NCBI GenBank assembly: GCA_034006035.1
Contig: JAVETN010000004.1
Coordinates: 128,827-192,826 of the forward strand
Source of the DNA: Desulforegulaceae bacterium
GTDB taxonomy: Bacteria; Desulfobacterota; Desulfobacteria; Desulfobacterales; JACKCP01
Direction: 5' to 3'
DNA: 64,000 bases
How positions within the stretch are numbered: the first letter of the stretch is position 1; each line of letters begins with the position of its first letter. Of this stretch, positions 9,625 to 18,935 are shown piece after piece. Under the pieces are notes generated by a model that was not told the origin of the DNA, searched no databases, and saw only the letters and a list, made by a program, of their open reading frames with translations. The position numbers and the translations under genes were made by a program.

Positions 9625-10242
9625 ATGACTGTTTTTAAGATGAAAAAAATATTTCTACTTGTTTTTCTTGCACTTTTCATTTCAGGGTGTATGGGCGGCT
9701 CAAAGGTTTCAAGGGTTTCAACTGACGAAGTTACAGATATTTCAGATCGCTGGAATGACACAGACTCAAGGCTTGTTGCAGAAGAAATGATAGGGGATAT
9801 GCTGACTTTTCCCTGGATCACCAGATTTCAGCAGAAAAAAACCGGAAAAATACCCACAGTTCTTATCCAGTCTGTAAGAAATAGATCCCATGAGCATATT
9901 GCAATAGACACTTTTGTAAATGATATAAAAAGAGCTGGAATAAGAGCTGGTAAAGTTGATTTTGTTGTTGGCGGGGAAGAAAGAATTGATATTCGGGATG
10001 AAAGAAAAGATCAAGATATTTATGCCAGTGATGAAACCAGGGCTGAAATGGGCCAGGAAATCGGGGCAGACTTTGTTTTAACAGGTTCAATTAACTCAAT
10101 GGTGGATCAGGTGGGCTCGGAAAGAGTTACTTTTTATCAGATTGATTTAAAGCTGGTTGATATGACAACCAATAGAGAAGTTTGGAATGGTCAGAAAAAG
10201 ATAAAAAAAGTAATGAAAAGAAGTTCGTTTTCACTTTTTTAA
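9625..10242 (+). CDS. LpoB-like lipoprotein (penicillin-binding protein activator family)
   Basis: Lipobox FISGCMGG. RWNDTDSRLVAEEMIGDML...IPTVLIQSVRNRSHEHIAIDTFVNDI...ADFVLTGSINSM...FYQIDLKLVDMTTNREVW follows the LpoB/YcfM pattern. Confidence 0.7.
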   Translation: MTVFKMKKIFLLVFLALFISGCMGGSKVSRVSTDEVTDISDRWNDTDSRLVAEEMIGDMLTFPWITRFQQKKTGKIPTVLIQSVRNRSHEHIAIDTFVNDIKRAGIRAGKVDFVVGGEERIDIRDERKDQDIYASDETRAEMGQEIGADFVLTGSINSMVDQVGSERVTFYQIDLKLVDMTTNREVWNGQKKIKKVMKRSSFSLF

Positions 10243-10254
10243 TCAGGAGAAAAA

Positions 10255-11292
10255 ATGTTGAGATTTAAAATATTAACTATCTTTATTCTTGGGCTTTTTA
10301 TCACAGGATGTATGTCTTCTTCTGCTACAGGGGGAAAAAACTCCAAATTTGCCAAGGAAGAAAACTCCACTCCTTCATGGGTATATTCACCGCCTGAAGT
10401 TGGAGGATATGTTTATGGAGTGGGAATGGCCTCTATTTATTCTACCCCGGCTGAAGCAATGCAAAGAGCCAGGGAAAATTCTAGAGTTGAGCTTGTAAAG
10501 CAGCTTAGGGTAAAGGTTTCCGGGACAACCGAAGCTTCTGTTAAAAGAGAAATAGATCAGGGGAAAAGTAAAATAACCAGGTCTGTTTTTAATTATGCCA
10601 AATCATCAATTGAAGAAACAGAACTTCCAGGTATCAAGATTATTAAAACAGCAGTATCAAAAAAAGATAATCAGACTTTTGCCCTGGCTGAGCTTAACAG
10701 GTTAGAGGCTGAAATGGATCTTTCAGACAAGCTTGAATCAACTGAAAAAAAGATTGACCTGATTGCAAGTCAGCCCCTTTCAGGTGATAAGATAAAGGAT
10801 ATAAAAAAACTTATGCCTGCAATTGAGCTCATAGAAAAAAGAAATAAAATTGTTTCAGATTTAAGGCTTGTAGGCACAATGGTTGATGAAGAACTTGAAA
10901 AAGAAAGTCATATCAAATTAAAATCAGAAATTGCAGAGCTTTTAGACAGTCTTGTGATTGTTCTTAAACCTGGTTCTTCAGGAAAAAATCTTTCTTCAGG
11001 AATCAGAAAGGCTTTAGGAGATCAAAGCGTAAGAGTTCGAATGAGCGGTGAAGGGGATCTTTATCTTAAGTTTTCAGCAGATTTGAATACGGTTTTTAGA
11101 GACGGTATTTATTTTACTTTTGCAACTGGCCAGGCTTCTTTGATGGATAAAAACAATGATATAATAAGTGAGTTTTCCACAAAAGTTAAAGACGGATCAG
11201 GAGACAAGAATCTTTCTGTTAAAAGAACTGTTGAAAAGCTTGCTGATTCTTTAGGCAATTCAGTGGCAAAGGGGATTTTTGATTCTATTTAA
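10255..11292 (+). CDS. Lipoprotein with an N-terminal LPP20 module and an extra C-terminal domain
   Basis: RBS AGGAG. Lipobox FITGCMSS. PSWVYSPPEVGGYVYGVGMA...RARENSRVELVKQL. Confidence 0.65.
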   Translation: MLRFKILTIFILGLFITGCMSSSATGGKNSKFAKEENSTPSWVYSPPEVGGYVYGVGMASIYSTPAEAMQRARENSRVELVKQLRVKVSGTTEASVKREIDQGKSKITRSVFNYAKSSIEETELPGIKIIKTAVSKKDNQTFALAELNRLEAEMDLSDKLESTEKKIDLIASQPLSGDKIKDIKKLMPAIELIEKRNKIVSDLRLVGTMVDEELEKESHIKLKSEIAELLDSLVIVLKPGSSGKNLSSGIRKALGDQSVRVRMSGEGDLYLKFSADLNTVFRDGIYFTFATGQASLMDKNNDIISEFSTKVKDGSGDKNLSVKRTVEKLADSLGNSVAKGIFDSI

Positions 11293-11395
11293 TAAATCTA
11301 AGGTTAGATCAATTAAATTTAGATTGCGATGGCAACCGGGGCCTTAAAGCTCCTTTTGCTGTCAGTTTAAAGTAGCAAATGTGCAGATATAAGCT

Positions 11396-11438
11396 TTAAC
11401 CCTTAAATCAGGCTTGTTTTAAGGGTTAAATTTTTAAT
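11396..11438 (+). terminator. Rho-independent terminator
   Basis: ttaacccttaaa / tttaagggttaa 12-bp stem with a 10-nt loop, followed by attttt. Confidence 0.6.
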
Positions 11439-11492
11439 CTGGATAAAGAAAAGCCCGGCTTTTTCTAAATTGTAAATATGGGAGGCACTATA

Positions 11493-12920
11493 ATGAAACG
11501 GTTAAACTGGCTTTTAGCTTTTTTGACAATTTGTTTTTTTGTTACCCAGACTTATGCTGAAGTGGATTTTAAGTCTTGGGTTACCCAGCAAAAAAAAGAA
11601 TATAAAAAGTTTTTGGAGGAAAGGGACAAGGAATTTTACTCCTTTTTAAAAGGAGAATGGAAAAACTTTGAAATAGAAGAGGGAAAGATAGAGGATACAA
11701 AACCTAAGCCAAAACTGCCTCCTATTGCAGAACCTGATTTGGAAAAGATTTCAAAACCTCTTAAAACTGAAGAAATAGTGGAAAAAAAACAAGAACCGGT
11801 TCTGGTTGAAGAAGAAAAACCAGTATTGGAAGTTAAGGCAAAAAATCTTTTTGGGTTGGAGTTTTACGGAGAAATTCTTGAGTTTCCAAAGATTGATGAT
11901 TTCTACAATCTCAAGCTTAAAAACACAGATAAAGACTCAATTGCAGAATTTTTTGCAGATTTTGCAGCCATTGATTCCTCACCAATTATTAACCAGCTTA
12001 AATTTTACAAATCTAAAAAAAGATTAAATGACTGGGGATATTTAATTCTTGCTCAGACATTTTCAGACAAGATTTTGGATGATAAAAACTCTTCAACTCT
12101 TTTTTTATGGGCAATTCTTCTTAAATCCGGATTTGATTCAAGGATAGGGTTTTATGAAGATGAAGTAAAACTTCTTTTTGCTTCAGAAGAAGACCTTTTT
12201 TCCATGCCTTTTTTTACCCTTAACTCAAAAAGATACTATCTTCATAACGGCAATCTGAAAACTTTAAGATCCTATGATGCCAAATATGAAGGAGCAGATA
12301 AAAAATTCAGGGTGGCATTATCTAATAGGCCTATTTTTCTCACAGAAAGGATTGGATTTAAGGAATATGGATTTGAATATAAAGGCAAAGAGTATTTTTT
12401 TGAAGGGTATTTTAACCCCCATCTTATTGAATATATGCAGTCCCTTCCTCAGCTTTCAGTAGAATCTTATTTTCTGGGGGAAATTGATCCTCTTATTTCA
12501 AAATATCTTGCAGTTTCAATTAAGGAAGAAATTAAAGATTTTTCAGATTATGAAAAAGTGAATTTTATTTTAAGATTTGTTCAAAAAAGCTTTCCTTATA
12601 AAACTGATGATGAGCAGTTTGGTTATGAAAAGTATTTTTTCCCTGAAGAAGTGATTTATTATCCTTATTCAGACTGCGAGGACAGATCTGCACTTTTTGC
12701 AGCTCTTGTAAAAGAAATCACAGGTTTTGGTGTTTTAATCCTGGATTATCCCGGGCATATTGCCACAGCAATTAATATTCCAGGTGATGTGAAAGGAGAT
12801 TATATTTCTGTAAAGGGAAAAAAATACTATGTTTCAGATCCCACATATATCAATGCAGATGTGGGAATGATAATGCCTGGCTATGAAAATAAAAGGCCCA
12901 GTGTTACTATTCTTAACTGA
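11493..12920 (+). CDS. Secreted transglutaminase-like (Cys-His-Asp fold) protein with a Pro/Glu/Lys-rich linker
   Basis: I prefer the ATG at 11493, which has GGGAGG 7 nt upstream; the track start is 11478. Signal peptide present. C-terminal YYPYSDCEDRSALFAALV...YPGHIATAI...YYVSDPTY gives a C/H/D triad spacing typical of the transglutaminase core. Confidence 0.6.
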   Translation: MKRLNWLLAFLTICFFVTQTYAEVDFKSWVTQQKKEYKKFLEERDKEFYSFLKGEWKNFEIEEGKIEDTKPKPKLPPIAEPDLEKISKPLKTEEIVEKKQEPVLVEEEKPVLEVKAKNLFGLEFYGEILEFPKIDDFYNLKLKNTDKDSIAEFFADFAAIDSSPIINQLKFYKSKKRLNDWGYLILAQTFSDKILDDKNSSTLFLWAILLKSGFDSRIGFYEDEVKLLFASEEDLFSMPFFTLNSKRYYLHNGNLKTLRSYDAKYEGADKKFRVALSNRPIFLTERIGFKEYGFEYKGKEYFFEGYFNPHLIEYMQSLPQLSVESYFLGEIDPLISKYLAVSIKEEIKDFSDYEKVNFILRFVQKSFPYKTDDEQFGYEKYFFPEEVIYYPYSDCEDRSALFAALVKEITGFGVLILDYPGHIATAINIPGDVKGDYISVKGKKYYVSDPTYINADVGMIMPGYENKRPSVTILN

Positions 12921-13018
12921 CAAAGAAGTTAAAAAGTAAATTTTGTTTACTTAAGATTTAATCCTTAAAATGTTAAATTTAGAAATAAAATTTTTAAATG
13001 ATTAGCTTTTAAAAACTA

Positions 13019-13050
13019 AAAGGTTACCGGGATTAGCGGTAACCTTTTTT
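13019..13050. terminator. Bidirectional terminator hairpin between convergent genes
   Basis: aggttaccg / cggtaacct stem with a 7-nt loop, flanked by an A-run upstream and a T-run downstream. Confidence 0.6.
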
Positions 13051-16000
13051 TTATTCTTTATTTTTTTTTCGAATAAATTTTGTTTTTTTCCAAAAACCTT
13101 CATGTTTAAGAGAATCAATAATATAAGGTGTTTTGTTTATAAGAAAAGCTGAAATCCAGATTGACCATAAAAACAGAACAAGTCTCCACAAGTTTATGGG
13201 AGCAAGAATTATAAAAACAGAGGGAATAAAATTGTCAGCCTTGTCTGAAAACCATTTTAGATTTCCTGAGTATGAGCCGTTTCCTGTTACCTGCATCTCA
13301 GGTATTCCAAGAAGACCAGATGAAACCGCATTATAAATTATTATTGCAGAGATAACTAAAAGAAAAACAAGCCCTGTTTGAATAAGATTGAAAAACTTTG
13401 TTTCTGCCGGAATAAGATTTTTTCTATACTCAATGGCAAGGAAAAATCCAAATACAATTATTATTTCAAGGAGGGCTGAAATAGAAAGTCCTGCTGCAAG
13501 AAGAATAAACTGATGGGGTTTTAAAAAAGATTTACCAAGTTTTGTTAAAAATATTGCAACAAGAATTACTCCTGCAAAATATCCCCAGAACAAAACAGCA
13601 GGGCCTTTTTTAGGGCCGTAAGTTCCTATTATCCATGATTTTGAAGGATATTTTATTTCCTGATTTATATTTGTTGATTCTGAATTTAAATTAATTTCAG
13701 GAAAATTTGTTTTTTGGGGAAGAAAAAAACTTTGGTTTTTATTCTTTTCTTTAAAAATAATATTTACCTCATTTGTTCCTGGAGAAAGGGGAAGGATAAG
13801 CTCTCCATTAAGTTCAGGAATTTGATTTTTAATATTGTTGATTATCAGTTCTTCAGGATAAATTTTTGAATTGTCATAGGTTATTTTATGATTAAATCCT
13901 TTTCCAGCTCGAATGGATGAATTGATTTTTAAGGTGTTTTTTGTTTGTCTTAAATCATAAATAAGCTCTGTTTTATCTATTGTAAAAAATCTGCCTTTAA
14001 TAGGCTTAAGTTTTTCAGGAAGAATAAATCCTTTTGTTCCGGGTTGAAGGACAAAAACAGTATTATTATTGTAATTATATTTTACAGGAAGAAGCCCTTT
14101 TACTTCAAAATCTCTTAAAGAATCAGAATCAATCCTCCATTCTTCAAGATGAGTCATTTCTTTTTCTGAAATTATTTCAATATTTTGTCCAACTGGAATT
14201 TCAGATTCAAATTCCCAGGAGTTTACTTTGGGCAAAAGAGTGATTTCCAGTTTATTGTTTTTTATCTCCCCGGTTTTTTTGAGTATTTTTTCGTTTTCAA
14301 TTAAATTAATTGAAACTTCAGCTTTTTTGTCATTGTTTTGGGGGTAAAATCTTTTAATTTTTGTTTTAATCTTCCATTCTCTGCCAAGGAAGAGGCTTCT
14401 TTCAACCACAGGAAAGGGTAAAGCTCCTTCTATCCCTTTTAAAGTGTTTTTTTCATTTTCATTTTTTGGAATAAATATTTTTATTAAAGGAGAAAAACCC
14501 CTATTTTCAATTCCTTTTGAGCTTACTCCTTCTGAATTAAAAGAAAGCTTTAAGGGAACCATGTCAAATTTAAGCTCAATTTCATCTTTTTTTGAAACAG
14601 AAAAAACTTTTAGTTCATGGATTCCTTTTGGAATAAAAGAAAGAGTTTTGCCCTTATTGTTTAAAATATAATGCTGTTCTTTGGAGTTTAGATAAAGATT
14701 TTCATATTCTAAATCTTTGGTTTGAGGAAGATAAACAGCACAGTCTTTAGTTGAATCAATATTAAAAATCATTTCAAGACGAATTTTATCTCCTGATTTT
14801 GAAGCATTCAAAGAGCAGTTTTTTATTATTGCAAGCTGATGTTCAAAGTTTTTTGTATTTAACAGTCTTTGTTTATATTCTTTTAAAAGATACTCAGGAG
14901 GATATTGAGATGAAAATCCTTTTTCAGGTAAAACCAGGCTTAGTGACAACCCAAGAACAAAAACTAAGGCTGTGTTTGTTTTGGATAAAGGCTTGAGTTT
15001 GCTGAAAATATTTTTAAAAGGAATAAGCTTGAAAAGAAGAATAAAAAGGAAAAAAATATTGGATAAATAAATGGCTCTTACTCCAATTGGAGGAATTAAA
15101 TAAATTTTCATTTGATTATCCCATGCATTTTCAAATCTTATTTTTTTATTTTTCCACAAAGGAAGCCCAACTCCTGTCTGGGTAAATTCCTGGTCATTTA
15201 TTAATTGATAAACTGGTTTTTCAATTTCTCTATCAATTGCCATTGTCCTTGTGTCTAGTCTTTGTTTTAAATTTGCAGAGCTTTTACGCATAAAATTATC
15301 AGTTGGAGTCAGCTGTTTTTGCTGGATAATCTCAGGCGGGTAGGTTTTATATGATGGCAAATGGGTATCAAGGGAAGGATATACAAAATATTTTATGTTT
15401 TGAGCAGAAAATACAATTGCTGCAGAAAAAACAGTTAAAAGGCATGAAAAATAAATTAAATTAAATGAAACTTTAAAAAATTGTTTTTGAAAGAAAAATG
15501 TTTTAAGTGAATTGGAGTTTAAAATTCCTGAAAAAATAACAAGCAGGATCCAAATATAGGGAGGCACATAAAACTTATGGTAAACAGCTCCTGCACAAAT
15601 AAAGAAAAGAATTCCCCACTTGATATTCCAGATTTTATAGGCCGAAATAAAAAGAATGCACAAAACAAAAATATCAAGAAGAGTCCACTTTGAAATAAAA
15701 CTGTGATTTCCTGAAAGTTTTGCACCTGAAACTGATAAAATCTCATATCCAGGAGGAATATTTATATAGCCTGAAATATTAGAAAAATCCAATTCCCATC
15801 CTGGCGGAAAAATATTTTTTGAGTTGTTTTTTCTTGAAACTGATTCCATTGAAAAACTGCCTTCATTTACACAAATTCCAGATAAGTTTCCTTTTTTTGT
15901 AATTATTTTGTCTTGGTTGTTTATAGAAATTTTTCCGGGAATGATTTCTGATTTATCCAGGATTCCAATAAAGGTTCTTTGGTGAAGCTTTCCTTTTATT

Positions 16001-17079
16001 TGATCTTTTATTGTTGACCCCTTTCCATTAAAGTCAATCCAGATTTCCCTTTCAAGTTTGAGATCTGGCTGGCTTGGCAATACACCCCTTATTGTTTCTT
16101 CAAAAAGTATTTTTTTTTCAGGTGAAAGAATGAAAGTGAGAAGATTTTTCCATAAATCAGGAATATCAGTGTTTTTAGGATCTATGGTTTTAAGGTTTTT
16201 TATATTTGAGATTCTTACTCCGGGTTCTTTTTCAAGTGCAATTATTTCCTGGTTGTATCCTGAATTAAAAGGGCCTAGTTCTAAAGGCAGTTGGGGAAGA
16301 ATGTTTTTTATTGAAATTTCATATTCTCCGGGTTTTACCTGAACATAAAAACAACCGTTTTTTCCAATTTTTAAGGGAAGAGGACTTTTTACAAAGGTAA
16401 TTTGGCCAGGGATATTTCCTGTGGATATTTTTTCCTGCCTGCTGCTGCCTGAAACATTTATTTTGTAGACTGATTCAATTTCGCATGGAAAGGAATCTTT
16501 TATTTTTCTAAAAACATTCACTCTTAAATGTTCTTTTTCATTATCTTTTTCACTAAGAGTTTTTTTAAGCCAGAGTATGTTTTTTAAATCAGTATAGGGT
16601 GAACTTATTTTATCTGTTTTTAAATCAAGTTTATACCCTCCTGAAAATTCAGGTAAATTTATAAAATCAGGAATTTCATCAAAGGGCAGTTCACCTGAGA
16701 TTTCAAACTCTCCTTTTCCAGGAAAGCATACAGGGAATTTGTTTTTAACTGAAACAGGAATTGGTTTATTGTTTTTTTGCACATTCACAGGGAAAATTTC
16801 AAGATTTCCAGGAAGTTTTATATATGAATCTGTAAAAAGATTTATTTTTTGTGAAAAAAGGATTTTATTTTCATAAATTTCAAGTTTTAAAATTCCAGGC
16901 CATTTACAGTGAAATTTATTGTCATCATTAAACTCAGGCACGCAATGAAATTTATCTTCGCCATAAACAAGAAACTCTTTCCATTTATAAAGTTCCTCAG
17001 GATTGGCAGCAGGACTGATTTGCGAAGTAGTTGAGATAAAAACAATTGTCAGGATAATAAAGCTAAGAAGATATTTCAT
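13051..17079 (-). CDS. 1342-aa multi-pass membrane protein of unknown function. Two large predicted extracytoplasmic regions, each followed by TM clusters.
   Basis: Signal-like N-terminus. Hydrophobic clusters lie at about aa 465-560, 660-715 and 1160-1325. I recognised no known motif. The stop/start overlaps the upstream gene (17076-17079). Confidence 0.6.
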   Translation of the reverse strand: MKYLLSFIILTIVFISTTSQISPAANPEELYKWKEFLVYGEDKFHCVPEFNDDNKFHCKWPGILKLEIYENKILFSQKINLFTDSYIKLPGNLEIFPVNVQKNNKPIPVSVKNKFPVCFPGKGEFEISGELPFDEIPDFINLPEFSGGYKLDLKTDKISSPYTDLKNILWLKKTLSEKDNEKEHLRVNVFRKIKDSFPCEIESVYKINVSGSSRQEKISTGNIPGQITFVKSPLPLKIGKNGCFYVQVKPGEYEISIKNILPQLPLELGPFNSGYNQEIIALEKEPGVRISNIKNLKTIDPKNTDIPDLWKNLLTFILSPEKKILFEETIRGVLPSQPDLKLEREIWIDFNGKGSTIKDQIKGKLHQRTFIGILDKSEIIPGKISINNQDKIITKKGNLSGICVNEGSFSMESVSRKNNSKNIFPPGWELDFSNISGYINIPPGYEILSVSGAKLSGNHSFISKWTLLDIFVLCILFISAYKIWNIKWGILFFICAGAVYHKFYVPPYIWILLVIFSGILNSNSLKTFFFQKQFFKVSFNLIYFSCLLTVFSAAIVFSAQNIKYFVYPSLDTHLPSYKTYPPEIIQQKQLTPTDNFMRKSSANLKQRLDTRTMAIDREIEKPVYQLINDQEFTQTGVGLPLWKNKKIRFENAWDNQMKIYLIPPIGVRAIYLSNIFFLFILLFKLIPFKNIFSKLKPLSKTNTALVFVLGLSLSLVLPEKGFSSQYPPEYLLKEYKQRLLNTKNFEHQLAIIKNCSLNASKSGDKIRLEMIFNIDSTKDCAVYLPQTKDLEYENLYLNSKEQHYILNNKGKTLSFIPKGIHELKVFSVSKKDEIELKFDMVPLKLSFNSEGVSSKGIENRGFSPLIKIFIPKNENEKNTLKGIEGALPFPVVERSLFLGREWKIKTKIKRFYPQNNDKKAEVSINLIENEKILKKTGEIKNNKLEITLLPKVNSWEFESEIPVGQNIEIISEKEMTHLEEWRIDSDSLRDFEVKGLLPVKYNYNNNTVFVLQPGTKGFILPEKLKPIKGRFFTIDKTELIYDLRQTKNTLKINSSIRAGKGFNHKITYDNSKIYPEELIINNIKNQIPELNGELILPLSPGTNEVNIIFKEKNKNQSFFLPQKTNFPEINLNSESTNINQEIKYPSKSWIIGTYGPKKGPAVLFWGYFAGVILVAIFLTKLGKSFLKPHQFILLAAGLSISALLEIIIVFGFFLAIEYRKNLIPAETKFFNLIQTGLVFLLVISAIIIYNAVSSGLLGIPEMQVTGNGSYSGNLKWFSDKADNFIPSVFIILAPINLWRLVLFLWSIWISAFLINKTPYIIDSLKHEGFWKKTKFIRKKNKE

Positions 17080-18932
17080 TTTTCCTCCTTTTTGCAGTGG
17101 AATCTTTTTCCAAGCAGAACAATGTCACGAAGTGATTCCTTGTTTTTTGCCATAAGCCAGTCATTTACAAAGTTTTTGTTTCTTATAATCTGAGCGATTG
17201 CAGCCAAAGCCTTTAAGTGGAGGTTTCTTTGATCTTTGGTCCCAAAAAGAACAAAAACTGCTTTTACGCTTGAATCATCAAAAGGGAATTTTATTCCATC
17301 TTTGGATCTTGCAAAAAGGACTCTGAATTTGTTTTCTCCTTTAATTATAATATGGGGGATTGCAACATCAGGAGTGATTATTGTAGAACTTGAAGCTTCA
17401 CGTTCAAGAAGGAGATTGTAAATTTCTTGGGGGGTCATACCAAGAGGCCGGCCCATTTTGTTTGCAGTCATTTTAAAAAAAGTTTTATATTCAATTTCAG
17501 TGTGAATATCAAGAATTTCAGCTTCTTCTGCAAGTTCGTAGAATTTATCTTTTACAATAGAATCTCTTTGATGGATAATTTCTTTTAATTCTGTTTCAAG
17601 GTTTCTTGAATAAAGCTCCTTGGCAGTGATCCTTGCAATAAGATGTAAAAGTGCGTGATCTTGATCTATGTCCATATTTTTTCTTCCATAGAAAAAATAA
17701 ATTAAAAATCCAAGGAGCATCAGCCCAAGTGTGATGGAAAAGGCAACAATTCCAAGACTGAAAAGAAGAATTGAAAGTCCTCCTATTCCAATTATTTGAA
17801 GCCAGGGGTAAAGGGGAGATTTAAAATCAGGTTTGTAATTTTGAATTTTTGATTCTCTTAAAATAATTACAGCTAAACAGGTAACTATATAGGTTAAAAT
17901 TAAAATACAAGAGGCAGCTTTTACAAGAAGGGTTATATCAAGAAGAATGGCTCCTGACATAAGGGTGGCTGTAAGAATTATTCCTGCTACAGGAGTTCCA
18001 AATTTGAGGTTGATATATCCGAACAAAGGGGGAAGAAGTTTGTCCCGGCTTAATGCAAAAGGAAATCTTGAAGCTCCCATTATTCCAGTATTTGCCGTTG
18101 CAGAAAACCCTAAAATTGCAATTATTGCCATGAAATTTCCAAAATATTTTATTCCTGTGGCATTGGCAGCATCAGCTATTGGAGTCAGGCTTGAAACAAG
18201 GAGATCTTTTTCAACAAGGCCAAATATGATTATTAAAGTTATTACATATACGAAAACAACACAAAACAATCCCATGATCATTCCAAGGGGAAGGTTTTTT
18301 GATGGATCTTTTACTTCTTCTCCAATACTTGCAACTTTTAAAAGCCCTCCAAATGAAATGAATACAAATGCAGTGGTTTTAATGAATTCAGCTTGACTTG
18401 AAATAAAAAAAGGGTCAAATTTTGCAAATTTAATTTTTGGAAAACAAATATAGGCAAAAATACCAAGGCCTAATAAAACTATAACTATTAAAATCGCCTG
18501 GATTGTACCGGCATTTTTAGCACCCATTATATTTATGGCAGCAAAGATTATAATCAGGCCAAAGGCTATTATTCTTATGTCAAAGGAAGCAAAAAGATTT
18601 GTAAATGCAGCCATTCCTATGAGTTGAAAAGCACTTTTCAATGCAAGGGCAAAGAAAATTATAAGTCCGTAAACTGTTCCCACTGCGGGACCCATGGTTC
18701 TTTTTATATAAAAATACGCTCCTCCTGCTTTTGGCATTGCAGTTGTAAGTTCAGCCTGTGACAAAAGTCCTGCAAAAGCAAGGAAAGCCGCAAGAATATA
18801 GGCAAAAACAGAAGCAGGCCCGCTTTGAGCAAAGGCAAATCCAGGCAGAATAAAAATTCCTGAGCTTATAATAGCTCCGGTTGATATTACCCATACATCC
18901 CAAAGGCCCAGTTCTTTTTTAAGATCGCTCAT
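17076..18932 (-). CDS. APC-family amino-acid permease fused to a C-terminal PTS EIIA (type 2, PtsN-like) domain
   Basis: The N-terminal ~420 aa is multi-TM with APC-like GAIISSGIF...AELTTAMPKAGGAY. The C-terminal ~140 aa contains VAIPHIIIKG (EIIA-2 phospho-His motif) and KAVFVLFGTKD. Confidence 0.8.
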   Translation of the reverse strand: MSDLKKELGLWDVWVISTGAIISSGIFILPGFAFAQSGPASVFAYILAAFLAFAGLLSQAELTTAMPKAGGAYFYIKRTMGPAVGTVYGLIIFFALALKSAFQLIGMAAFTNLFASFDIRIIAFGLIIIFAAINIMGAKNAGTIQAILIVIVLLGLGIFAYICFPKIKFAKFDPFFISSQAEFIKTTAFVFISFGGLLKVASIGEEVKDPSKNLPLGMIMGLFCVVFVYVITLIIIFGLVEKDLLVSSLTPIADAANATGIKYFGNFMAIIAILGFSATANTGIMGASRFPFALSRDKLLPPLFGYINLKFGTPVAGIILTATLMSGAILLDITLLVKAASCILILTYIVTCLAVIILRESKIQNYKPDFKSPLYPWLQIIGIGGLSILLFSLGIVAFSITLGLMLLGFLIYFFYGRKNMDIDQDHALLHLIARITAKELYSRNLETELKEIIHQRDSIVKDKFYELAEEAEILDIHTEIEYKTFFKMTANKMGRPLGMTPQEIYNLLLEREASSSTIITPDVAIPHIIIKGENKFRVLFARSKDGIKFPFDDSSVKAVFVLFGTKDQRNLHLKALAAIAQIIRNKNFVNDWLMAKNKESLRDIVLLGKRFHCKKEEK

Positions 18933-18935
18933 AAA

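Noticed and set aside
11448-11470. Hairpin agaaaagcccggctttttct before the transglutaminase-like gene
   Set aside because: Only 5-6 bp can pair once a viable loop is allowed, and it sits immediately upstream of the RBS. It is more likely a chance A/T-run complement than a terminator.
17947-18396. 149-aa plus-strand ORF
   Set aside because: Antisense to the well-supported permease gene. Its sequence mirrors hydrophobic codons, which is typical of shadow ORFs.
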